The translations under genes and the position numbers were made by a program. Below the pieces are notes generated by a model, which searched no databases, was not told the origin of the DNA, and was given only the letters and a program-made list of their open reading frames with translations. Shown here piece after piece: positions 47,939 through 59,800 of a stretch of DNA of 64,000 nucleotides; position 1 is the first letter of the stretch; each line of letters begins with the position of its first letter. Source of the stretch: Yuukianura sp. NJ FZ-2021 (Eukaryota); contig CM102290.1 in NCBI GenBank assembly GCA_046563655.1, forward strand, positions 13,826,001 to 13,890,000. The letters are read 5' to 3'.

Positions 47939-48259
47939 CCGTAAAACCTCTCATAGAAGCCGGTTCCCAGTAAAAACCTAATCTCTAATGTAAACCGGGT
48001 GTAGATGTGAGGTTCAGGGCCCACATGGTTTAAGAGACAAAGAACGAGAGTGCAGAAAAAATAAAGAACCGAGCTGGACTCGAACCCACATCTCTACAAT
48101 CCGGGAAGAGCTCTAACTCTTGAGCTCTCACGTTCTATTCTAGAACCTCACGAAGGGTGGAGCAATTGGTAGAGCGGCTATCCCAGCTCATCTCCTCCAT
48201 GCGGACCTCCAATGCAAGTCCGGGTGTAGAAGCCCAGGCTTGTATTAGAAATTTTACGG
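47939..48259. mobile_element. Family C MITE containing tRNA-derived sequence
   Basis: TA|CCGTAAAACCTCTCATAGAAGCC ... GGCTTGTATTAGAAATTTTACGG|TA. Confidence 0.7.
47990..48138 (-). repeat. tRNA-derived interspersed repeat (SINE-like), copy 2
   Basis: Minus strand AGAACGTGAGAGCTCAAGAGTTAGAGCTCTTCCCGGATTGTAGAGATGTGGGTTCGAGTCCAGCTCGGTTCT; collinear with 10626-10776. Confidence 0.65.
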
Positions 48260-50267
48260 TATCTCCTTTTAAAGTGCTCAAACATTTCATTAATGGCCCA
48301 AATTTAAAGTCCCTCCACTTCAGCTTATGGCCATTTCAGACGAGGATTTTCAAAAAAAAAGTTTCAAAAAATGAGAGAAAGTGGAATAACTCCAACATTT
48401 ACTTTTGGTAACATTATGAAAAACCCGCGTTTTCCAACTTTGTAAAAAAGAGAAAGTTGAGAGAAGGGACACATGGATTTCCAGATTTCCATTTTAGAAA
48501 AACTAAAAAAAAGTGGAGTGGTGACAACACATGGAAAAGAAAGCGGAACCATCTTTAGAAAAAAATGAAGAAAAAAGTTCGACTATAATTTTTTCTAATT
48601 TTCTCCCATTTGAAAAATAATTTTTCACTTCTTGAAAACTCATCCATAATGTAGCATATTGGAAAGTCTGCCTTCTTTTTTCATTTAAAAAGACGCCACT
48701 CCAAATCTCTTTTTTTTTATTTGTTTTCAGTCACATGACAAATAAGTTCGGAACACTTCGTACAGTGGAGTAAATTTTTTAGTAGACGGATAATTTTGTT
48801 GAAAACCAAAAAACGACTAATGCAAGAAACGCCAATCAAATCGTTCGTTGGTGCGTTTTGATCTGGATTTTGATAATTTTGAGAAGCCTATCAATTTTTA
48901 AAATTTACATCTTTTAAAAGTAAACGACCAAAAAAATAAAAGAGCGTCATTTCAAATGTCAGAGTTTTTTTTTTAAATTGAAAACTGAAAAAGTGATGTG
49001 AAAGCAATTAGAACCTTCTGGTTCTATAATTTATGCTCCGATTTTTAATAATGGTTAGTCATAGCAAAACTTTTTTTTTGAAACCGACATTTTTTTTATA
49101 AAAAAATATCTGATAAACTCTGACCATTAATAATTTCTTTTGTATTTACTAAATTCTGCTTGCGTTCATGCGCAGTTCCGTTTCAAAATTTTACTCTTTC
49201 TTCCCCCCAAACTGCTAGACTTAACGAGTAAAGTAGATTTCTTGACATTTTCGAAACATGAAAATTTTTGAAAAATCTTGAAAACGGTCTTGATTGCTCG
49301 GAAGTGAAAGTAGTTTGCGAGTGGGTTAAAAAGTAACTGAATGATGGTGGATTGAAGATGAAGGCGGATCTTTGGCGTTGGTGGGAGTGGGGTGGGGCCA
49401 GAGTGGAATTGTTCTTAATGTGACATGTTCTATGAACAGTGAAAGTGGAGAAAGTGGAGAAAAATTGAACAAGGAACTTGGCAGGAGAGTAGAAGCGATT
49501 AGCATCCGAGTGTGAATAAATGCTAAATGGAGTTTCTAATGTTTCTGCCGCTTCCTTCGGAAGAGAGATGATGATGATGGGCTTTCGTCTTCAAAACTGA
49601 TCAATACCAACATCATATCTTCCGCCAAGTGGAACATGCTTTGCCAAACGAACACTTTCACTTATCCACCACACATCAATTTCAAAAAGTAGCTCAAAAT
49701 TTTTCAAAATTCAAATTTTTCCAAATTGACACAGATTTGTTTAGAAAGCAAAAAGAGTAGTTTTGGCGCCGGTCAGCGGAGAAAGTAAGATTTTGAAATG
49801 AAGTGATTCAGAAGGACATTTTGGTTTTGGTGGGGTCATAGAGATGGACATTTAGTTGGAGATGAGGACACCGTGTTGTCCAGGATTGCGTGAAAATGTG
49901 GTTTTTTCAAGAGGGAGACCCAATAGGACATCCAAACTTTTGGTAGTCGACGTCCCAGTTGTTGAATAATACCACTTTTATGGTTGCAAATTCAAGTCAG
50001 GATCAGCTATAGGAAAGTAACCAAATGGGACAAGCCATTGATCATAAGGAGCTTTAGGAGTGGAGCATCCCAGAGGGACAGTTGCTCCACTACGCCCGTT
50101 TCCATGGCAACATTCGTTGGTGACCTCATGCTCCATCCATACATTCCTAGTCACCAAATCGACCTGGGGCACAAACACAAGACATTTAGCCGATGTTGAA
50201 CAACCGAAAACCAAAAACTCCCGTGTATTCCAACTCAGATTCTAAGAAGTTCCACCAGAAACGGAGT

Positions 50268-50531
50268 CAAGGTTTGTTGACTTTGATTTTCTTTAACAGG
50301 TTGGGTAATATCTCATGTTTATTAATTTTGCAAAAGAAAGTATCTTTTCATTTCAGGGCATCGTAGTCATAACAATTCAGCCGAATTTTTTTTAAATTTT
50401 GCATACGATTTGGAATTAATTTTTCCGATTGGTACTAAAATTGATACAATTTTTGTTTGTTTTTTCGTCAACAAGCGAGGTAATCTTCAACCTGTTAAAG
50501 AAAATTAGCTTTTCGTTGTCAAGGAACCTTG
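50268..50531. mobile_element. MITE family B
   Basis: CAAGGTTTGTTGAC ... TTGTCAAGGAACCTTG with a perfect 8-bp duplication AACGGAGT (50260-50267 and 50532-50539). Confidence 0.88.
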
Positions 50532-51257
50532 AACGGAGTCGTCTTGGAGAAAGTGATACTGAAAGGCTCAGGTTCGTCCCATAAATAAATTCAAGCACAT
50601 CCCTTTCAATGGACCTTATGTGAGAAAAATATGGAAATGTGAAGTAGCCAGTTTGGTGGAACTGGAATTCCCTCCACTGGAAATCCATGGCATAAATTCC
50701 AACTTATTGTGATATGGGGTGAAGATCCGCCTTACAATTCTCCATTTCCTGATCTTCCAATATCCCAACTTCAATTTCAAAATCCACAACAACAACCCAC
50801 ACCACACCAATCAAGAAAAACAAAGAGAGAGAGCATGGACCAAGGGATGCTGTGGGAATATTGATATACACATTTCCCTCTCTCTCTTCAAATTCACTTT
50901 CTCCTGCCTGCTCCTCCGAGGCGTCCACTTTCCATTTCTATTCAATTCAAATCCAAACAGTTCACTTTCTCCATCCCTTTTTTATTTCCAAAATTCTAAA
51001 ATGTTTTTTCTCCTGCCTTGTCATCATTCATCCTCAAGAAATATTGACATCGTTTAGCAGGTATAATCAAAACATTTGAGAAGAAGTGTTGGCAGCATTC
51101 AGTGGTGCTGGAGAAATGGAGAAGTCTTGACAAATGGAGTCTCATCAAGGAGAAAGGTCCATTAGGCCCTCTAACAAGTTCTGTTTGCTCCTAACTTTCA
51201 CAAGTTGTGTAAATTCCGACCTCGTTCCACTGCCAAACTGAACAAAGTCAAGGCTGA

Positions 51258-51602
51258 TTAAATAGTGAAAGCTATTTCATAATACAATTTATGCCTGTCT
51301 GTCTGTCTGTCCGTCTGTCCGACTTTTATGAGTTGTGTAAGTTCCGACCTTGTTTTACAGTCAAACTGAACAAAGTCATGACTGTAACCTTTATTAAATA
51401 GCGAAAGCTATTTTATAATACGATGAATGTCTGTCTGTCCGTCCGCTTGTCTGTCAGCTAACGCAATTAATTCGAAAACTACAAGAGCGATTTCATCCCA
51501 GTTTTCAACAATCGACATCTCATGCGTTATGTCAATCCAAGTTTATCAAATCATCCGAATTCCTGACCTTTTACTGGGTCAATAATCAAGCTCATTGACC
51601 TT
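51258..51602 (+). mobile_element. Two tandem HINE 5' ends, the second extending into the element body
   Basis: TTAAATAGTGAAAGCTATTT + (TGTC)n at 51258 and TTATTAAATAGCGAAAGCTATTT + (TGTC)n at about 51392. Confidence 0.6.
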
Positions 51603-51787
51603 AATTTTAAATCGACAAAATTACTCTAACAAAAGTTGTTCCTCTCATTCACGGGAGCCTGATCGCTGAGTTGTTTTTATTATATGCGGTTTATAACTGG
51701 TTTATTATTGACAAAAATTGTGAGGTAAATGTGTAAATTTAAAAAATTGTTAGTGTAAATTATATGGACAGAGGGCTAGAAAAGATT

Positions 51788-52302
51788 TTAGGCTTTGACG
51801 ATTCGATTGTCGCTGAGAATAACGAATCCGTTTTCGTCAGCTCGGTATTGCACTTTGACTTGTTTGCTGTCAGCGTCGTTGTAAGTGTAGAATCCTTCGT
51901 GGATCACGATTGGTTCTTGGCCAGGGCCACCACTTTTGAATGAGATTTGTTCCTGTCGTTCGCTTCCGTCCGAAGCTTGGTATCCCCTGAAAAGTATTTT
52001 CGAAATTTTGTCAAAATGTTCGTTAGAATAGGGAAAATACGTTATGTCGGGAACTCAGTTAAAGCATAGTTAAAAACTAGGTTCAAATTTTACCAGTTAA
52101 CAGCTCCGTTGGCAAGTTCGTCAAAATATTGTTTGACAATTGTCACATCAGCATCTCGAGTATTTTTGTTGAACTGCTGCGCTGCAGCAAATCCCAAGAG
52201 AGCGAGGAGTACGATCTAAAAAGTTTCGAAATTATGAAAAATCCAAAAATTATTTTCAAAAACATTGAGATTTTATTGTGAAAAGTGAATTACGTATTTC
52301 AT
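51788..52302 (-). CDS. Cuticular protein, Rebers-Riddiford RR-1 type (Chitin_bind_4), 109 aa, secreted
   Basis: Exons 52302-52294 (MKY), 52215-52094 and 51986-51788. Protein MKYIVLLALLGFAAAQQFNKNTRDADVTIVKQYFDELANGAVNWGYQASDGSERQEQISFKSGGPGQEPIVIHEGFYTYNDADSKQVKVQYRADENGFVILSDNRIVKA: signal peptide plus the G-x-Y-x-Y...V-x-Y-x-ADENGF consensus. TATA box upstream; minus-strand AATAAA at 51701-51706. Confidence 0.93.
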
Positions 52303-52393
52303 GATGAGTGGAATTTGATTGGCTGAGTTCTGATTACTGAATGTGATTGGATTCTGAGTTCGTCTGTGACATGTTCAAGCGACGCGTGCCTGT

Positions 52394-52400
52394 TTTTATA
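52394..52400 (-). promoter_or_regulatory. TATA box of the cuticular protein gene
   Basis: TATAAAA on the minus strand about 90 bp upstream of the ATG at 52302. Confidence 0.7.
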
Positions 52401-53211
52401 CGAATGAACTTCGTTAGTCCTTTGGCCGCCTGAAACTCCAAATGACTTTGTTCCCCTTGGGGGGAAGGTTGCCAACTTTGTGGAATTTAAGATACCCCCA
52501 AAAATTAATATGGATGAGATATTGTTGAAGATGACACTAAAAGAGTCAATGGACATTGGGCACCCCTACTCTGTCCCATAACATGAACCATTCTTTACAA
52601 ATTCACAATTCTATATGACACAAAGTGTCCAATTGGCTCATCTCGCCTTGTGCGGGAACCTTGACATCTCTGGGACATCCACAACGACACATGACGCTTC
52701 AAACCAATGTTGCGTAAGCTAGTCATAAAAGGTTAACTTGACATTTGCATTTCAGGGTGACGTAATACGTGAAACCAAAATGCACTTCATAGCTTAGTAT
52801 TGCATTGTAATGCATAATTAGTCGATTAAGTTGAAGTGTCACATCTCTTTTACTCCTCAAACTCACCTCTGAACAGTGCAGAAGGTGAAGGTGGCATGGG
52901 TGCGTATGCTGTGACACTTCTTCTCAAAGTACCTCTCAGGACATGTATTAATTAAAGCGTTTATTAGTACATGATAACTTCAAATTAACAGTCAGATTAA
53001 CAAACTAAAAATAATAGCATCAATGACTACAAGCGAAAATATATTGGCAGTTTTTCAAATTGCCAATTGTTTAACAGCGTAAAACCACAGTGTCAATGTT
53101 AGCACGTCACCACATCACAAATCAATTTCAATTATTCAATTATTGACTCACATTTCTAAAATGCATTCGAATCTAAGAATTCTGAACCTTACTACTTTAT
53201 GGTTTGAACAT

Positions 53212-53490
53212 GTCTGTCTGTCTGTCTGGCAGTCAGCGGCAATTATCTCGGAAACGGCTCCATATTTTCGGGATTCGTTTTCACGGTTCAGGTCATAGTG
53301 ACCTCAAGATGTTCACTATTGAGTAGCATCCCGGTTGGGCAACTTCAGGTCAAAGGTCAAGGTCAACCGGCTTCATCTCGGGTAACATCGGACATGGTTC
53401 TGGACAGTCCACAACGGTTCTACACTGTGGACGACTGCTGTCTGCAGTGTACTAGGTCAAAGGTCAAGCAGTCTTTCGCTACTTACTTAC
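53212..53490 (+). mobile_element. 5'-truncated Helentron/HINE element upstream of the cuticle gene
   Basis: (GTCT)n, GCGGCAATTATCTCGGAAACGGCT, AGGTCAAAGGTCAAGGTCA, CTTTCGCTACTT. Confidence 0.7.
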
Positions 53491-56100
53491 AATTGATTCG
53501 CTTTTCTTAACTGGGCATTAGGCCTAAGAAAAAGGAAGCTAGTCATATGACCATATGAGTCCTCTGATGTGTCGAGAATTCGAAAAGTGTTACATTAGGG
53601 ATGATACTGGAGAGAAAGCAGGAGATTCCAAAGTTGTTGCGTCCAATTCCCGGGTACTAAACTAATGACTCTTTGATAGTTATTTGAAACTCCCGGGACT
53701 TTTTTGTGCCTTCCCAGCAATAGAACCAATTGTTCTCTCATTTTAGGGAGGAGAAAAGTTGAGTCCAGCCACTTCCGAGTCCGTTCTAACTTTTTATTTT
53801 ATTTTCCCACTTTCTCTTCCCTCCATCTTTTGTTTTGTTGTGGCCAGAAGTTTGGTGCTAGCTCATCCTTCGAAGTTTGGATTTTGCATCTGACGTGGCA
53901 AGGCGACCCTACTGGAACTTATTCCCTGCTGGCTTAGGACTCTCTGACACACAATGTAATTTCTATGCTAATGCCTTCTTTTTTCAACGTTAAACAAGGC
54001 TAGACACTACTGTGGGAAGGGAGACAGACCGGGATGGTGGTGGACCATGCACATCAACTTTCTCCTCAATTTCATATTTTGAAGGAGAATGTCATCGGAA
54101 CTGGATAATTCAACTTCTGCCGCTTTCCTCTAAATCCTATTTAAACTTTGTCTCCTTCGATCAATTAATTCCTTTTGTGTGGACTCCCCAGTTGAAACAT
54201 CCTAATTTTTCAATTACATCATTCCCAAAAACACAATGGAGACAGAGGCACTCGGGGATTTAAGGCTCAAAGGCCTCATTTCACTCCACAACCACACAAA
54301 AACACTAACCACATTTTAAAATCTAACCTCACCTAAACCTCAAAATCCTTGTTCCAAATTTCATTTCAAAAACTCGGTGAAAGTTTTTGAATTTGTACTA
54401 AAAAAAAATTTCATAAACTATCATTCGTAACTGAAAAAGTTATACGTGGAAGTCATCTTTTGATGTTTTGAGTAGTCGGAGCCTAAGGAAATGAGTTTAT
54501 TAGAGCTACTTGTTAGAACTATTTACCGTAAAACTTCAAATTGTACCCCCAGGTACTAATTTTTAGTTGCGATGTGAACGAGAGGTACTAATTTTTAGTC
54601 GTCATTTGGAGGCGTGGTACTAACCAATAGAGACATAGATGACTAATAAGACTGTTAAGAATAGCTGCGGTCATTTGGGCGAAAACAATAAACGCGAATT
54701 GAGCAAGTTGGAAACAGTGGAACTGAACCTTATCGGGGCGTTGGTTAGGGTTTTTAATGGTGTGTGTTTCGTTTTATTGGTATTGTAGACACAGTGTTGC
54801 CATGTTGGGTAATATACCTTTTGAAATTCGCTTTTCGTTGTCAAGGAACCTTGAGTGTTTCCGACTTCTTGTGGAATTCGCGCTTTTTGTTTTCGCTCTA
54901 AATGACCTGGAACGACGGGCGTTTATTTGGGAGTGGGTTACTAATTGAAGATTTACAGTAAGAAAGTTTTTGTTTGAAAAGTTTTTTGTGTAAAGTGTGA
55001 GGGAAGACGAAGATCATTTGTTGACTCTTGTAATTGGTGGCTGTGGGGGGAAGTTAAAAGAGCGCGTATTTTTAAATTCAAATTTGTCTCCCATTAGTCT
55101 TCCATCATCTTCAGGAGGAGGGGCATCCACTTTTGTTATTGTTGCTGAATATGGAAGATGAGGTGGCTTTTATGGTTTGATTGAAAGGGTTTTGCTGGAG
55201 AGATGAATGGTGTCTTTATGAGTCCAATATCCTTTATGACTCCTCTGCACTTAATGGGCTTTCAATGGATCTAACACGATTTGAAAGTGGCGGGAAATGG
55301 TGTAAGGGTGCAACTGACTTGGTGGGGCCTCCTGCAATTCTTTATCACTCATGAAACTACAATTAGCACACCTATTACGGCCAATGGGAGCCCCACCTTA
55401 CCTGTCCCACCATCTGCCTCCATGCCTCTCTTCAGAGACGCCTTGATTAGCTCATTTGGGACTAGAAAATTGAAATTCCCGCTTCTCAACCATCTTCCCT
55501 CTCTCCTAACTCCCGAAATCATTTTCCCATTAAAAGACTGTAAGATCACCCCCCCCCCTCTTCCTCACCCCCCCCCTCCACTTTACCACAATATATTACC
55601 GGGAATGAGAATGGAAAACAAATTGAGCACTTCATTCCCAACTGCCAACTAATTACTCAATTCACACATTGCACAAGATGCTCAAAATTAAGGCTCATGT
55701 ATTCTGAAAACTGAAGTCAGTTTTTTATTAAACGCATCGCTACAAATCTGATAACTTAAAAATGATCTACCAGCATCTTTTTAAATTTGAAACTGCCCAC
55801 GGAATCAGCGACCTCCAAAAGCAACTCGGAATATTTTTTTTTTAAATCGTGTTTCGGTTTTATTTTGAGCGTTTCCTCTCAAGTCGATGTTATGCATCCG
55901 CTAAACATTTACGACTTAATGTGTAAGTGAATTTAGAGTCACGCCAACATAGTGCCCTCTATAGCCGCAGATCCCATCGTAAATAGGAGTAGAATGATTC
56001 AATTTTTGGCACGTTGGATCCCTCTGTGATTCTAAATATAAACTTGTTCCGAGTTGAATGAGTTTTTTGAAATCCTTGAAAAAGTGAGAAATTCGTGCAT

Positions 56101-56336
56101 TTCAACTTCAAGTGCTTCTATTTTTGAATTTCACATGAACGCCCCAATGAAACCCACCAAAACGTGATCCCACCATTCGTGGCAACATTTTGGTGTAAGC
56201 CCGAGGCGGCAGAAGCTCTTCAACTTCAAGTGCATGTATTTTTGAATTTCACATGAACGCCCCAATGAAACCCACCAAAACGTGATCCCACCATTCGTGG
56301 CAACATTTTGGTGTAAGGCCGAGGCGGCAGAAGCTC
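56101..56336. repeat. Recent tandem duplication, 2 x 118 bp
   Basis: 56101-56218 and 56219-56336 differ at three positions by eye. Confidence 0.9.
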
Positions 56337-56866
56337 CTGCGGGGAAAAAATTTTTAGAGTTTGATTTGAAACGTCGGGAAAAGTGAAAAATTGAGAAATA
56401 GACTTGCAATGTTACACTTGGGCATTGCATTTTGTAAACATGAGTTGAAATGCAACTGCAGCCAAATGGTTTTGAATTTTTAAAAATAGAGGTAGGTGAG
56501 TTGAAATGTAGGTTTTAGAGGTATTTCATTTTTGAAACAGCTGAAATTTGACTTAAATCAGCAAACATTGCGCAGCAAAGCTTGTTTTTTTTTCTATTAA
56601 TTCATTTCCCAACTCTCACTTTAAATTAATGTGGCTAAAAGATCTTAACACTGGACATTTTACGCAGTAAGTGAAAGATTCAACTGTGAAAACCGATTTT
56701 ATTCACAGTGGAATTAAAAAGGTTATAAAATACAAACGTGCGGTGAGACGAATTGCACCAAACAAATTTTTAGAACAGAAATGATGACTTTTTGGTGACT
56801 ATAAATCCTAACTTACTACGTTAGCTCTTAATTTATTAAAAACTAATTAATTTGTAACAGTGTTGC

Positions 56867-59800
56867 TTATGAAGCCTTAGATATTGGAATAACATCAGCA
56901 ATTTGTTTTCTACAAATTGGGCAACACGTTCCTGGACGAGCATTCCAGTAGTCATAAGCACACTGCAAAATCAAAAAATTAAATAAGTAATTGATATTTA
57001 TATAAAATTTTTTACAAAAACCCAAAATAGATGCTTACGTCGTAACACATTGTTAAGTGGCCGCATGGAGAAAACAAACTATTCACTGGTCGTTTGCAAC
57101 AAGCAACGCAGTCAACTGACCAGTTTTTACTTTCTCCGTCTCCTTTCTCTTTGCTCTTGACCTAATTAATCACAGATTAATCATCGATTAATAACAATTC
57201 CTATCATTTTAAAAAAAAAATGTTTTTTTTTAATTTTTCAAACTTTAATTTTTCACTTACTCGACTCGAGGCTGCTAAAAACTCCGAGTTGTCTTCAGCC
57301 ACTCGAACGTTCTTTTGCGGACCAAAATCAGCCGAGTGCTGTTTGAACTGAAATTTTTCGTGGACAGGGAGAGGCGGGAGTGGTGGCGTCATTCTGGTTG
57401 GAGACGACAGTGGAGAGCGCCCATTTTGAAACTGAAGTTGACGTGGCGGGGTGGCCATGTTGACTGGAGAGTAAGACGGTGGTGACTGTTTGACACTCTG
57501 GCGAGAGGGACTAGAAACAAAGTTCGAGGATCTGGGCATGCTCGGTGTACAGCATTGGGCAGAAACCAGAGTGCGCTGACTCCGTGATGTGGATACTGAA
57601 AAAAAAACGGAAAAAATTTCTTGAAATATTTCATTTTTGAGTTTCTTTAAAATGATAAGTGTGAAAAACTTACAAGTTGGCGACGTTTCTTGGTGGGGTG
57701 TCCGTGGAACCTTGGGCAAGATGGACCCAAGAAGAGAAACTTTGTATGTGGATCCGAAGAGGTCAAAAAAGGCGTACAAAGGGCAAGTAAGGTCAACGTA
57801 CATCAAGGTCGTATGTGGTCCGTGGTTCTTTGAAACATTTAGAGCTCCTGAAACAAAACAATTTGAGTTTAGTTAGCTTTACACTTATGTATTTCTCCGC
57901 AGATACGCGCTATACGACGAGAAATAGGGTAACTTTTCAAAACTTTTCAAAATTAGTTTTTCAAAATTAATTTTCAAGTTTTTCTCCTAACCTGTAGAAG
58001 TTAGATTGAACGCCAGTTCGTCTCTGCTGCTTAGGTTGCCAATGGCGTCTTTTTTGAAAATCCAGTACTCTGGTCGATCTACTAAATAATACGAGTCTTC
58101 CGGAAGAGTTTTGGGGCTGATTGACTGGGGGTCAGCCGACGTGAGGCCAAAGGCCATTGAACCATCGAGTGACTCGTCCGTTTCTAGGACCTAAATGCAC
58201 ATCAATTCATAAAATTTGCAATTTCCTTCAAATTTGCAATTTTGTTTGCCGAAAATTACCTTAACAACAATTGTTTCTCCAATTTCGATTGGGCGGGAGG
58301 TGAAGACGTAAGCATTTCCGCTTTCGTTTGAATTTCTCCAAGCTACGTTCCGAAACTTGTTCATTTGAATGTTCATTCCACAAGTTCTGTTAATGAAAAG
58401 ATCAAGATTTCAAAATTTTTGAATATTCAAATTTTGGTTTTTATTAAATACCATATTTTAGTACAAAAAACAGTACTCACGGATGAAATTGGAGGTTGTT
58501 GAATGCAGGTTCCTGATGCGGAGTGACTGTTGAAGGTGTGAGATTTAGGGAGTTCATGGACGGACCAATGGCGGAATCAACTTCTTCAAAATTTCGGCTA
58601 GATTCTTCAAGACTTTTACGGGAGTTGTTCAGATGAGCCTTCGGATCTAAAATGCAAAAGAAAATTTTTCATGGATTTTATTTCATATTAATATTAATAT
58701 TACAGTAAGCCATCTCAAATTGCAACTTCTTTTTTATCGGCAGAGAAATACAGTAAAACCGAAAAATTTTTGTCAAAAGATAAACCTTATGCATATCAGC
58801 TATGGTACAACACAATTGCTGGATATCCACGTTTTTACTTTTCCTTCACTGGATGCCCAGTGGAAAAATTCGTTCATCCAGTTTTATCCGGAAGAAATGG
58901 CTGGATAAAATGGATAGAAATGGATACTCCCATTTAATTTGATATATGTGGAAGGAATGCGTTATCTATCCGTAAACACTGAATCCTGCCATGTAATCAG
59001 AAAGTTTACGGTAGGCGCCTATCAAACCAACCAATCACAGCGAGTTGCAATTTGAGAGGATCCACTGTAACCGATGGTCTATGCATATTTCCTAGAAATC
59101 TTACCAACAAGTTCGATTGCAGTTGTATTTCCATAGACATCCACAAGTGCCCAGAGAGGCTTCCTTGTGTCAACGTATTTCAGGAAAGTTCCAACTTTCT
59201 TCCCATTGATTCCGTATCGGACTTTCCCCGAGTGGTTGACGTAGTAGAACAAAATGGCTTCGTTTTTCAAAACGTTGTCACCCAACAGTGCTTTGGCCCA
59301 AAATCCTTGTCTTTTGGCCAATTCTAAAAACACACATAAAAACAAATATTTTGCATGTTGCTTTGTACAAAAATGAATTTTTTGGACAAGCTAACAAAAT
59401 TCCGACAATTTCAAAATCTTAGAAAATTTTACATAACAAATCCGGTGATTATTTTGGGCGAATTGCGTTTTTTTACGCAGTTTCGAAATTTGAAGTTTGA
59501 AATTTAAGACTAAATTTAAAACTAAATTAATTACAACATCAATTTTTATGAAATAACTTTTAAAATTCATTTAGCAATAGTCGCAAGTGGAGATTTCCGT
59601 CATTAGTTGTTTTCCTGCGTGAAATCTAAAGTGTTTCGTATGAAACCACTCTACTTTGATTCATTCCTATCAATGTCATGTCACCACGAGTTTCACTTAA
59701 AATTGAAAGATAAAGTTTGCTTTTTGATTGAATTTTAAGATAAATGATAACTGTGAATGCGATTTTCATCAAAATTTCTACTGAAACAAAAATAACTCAA

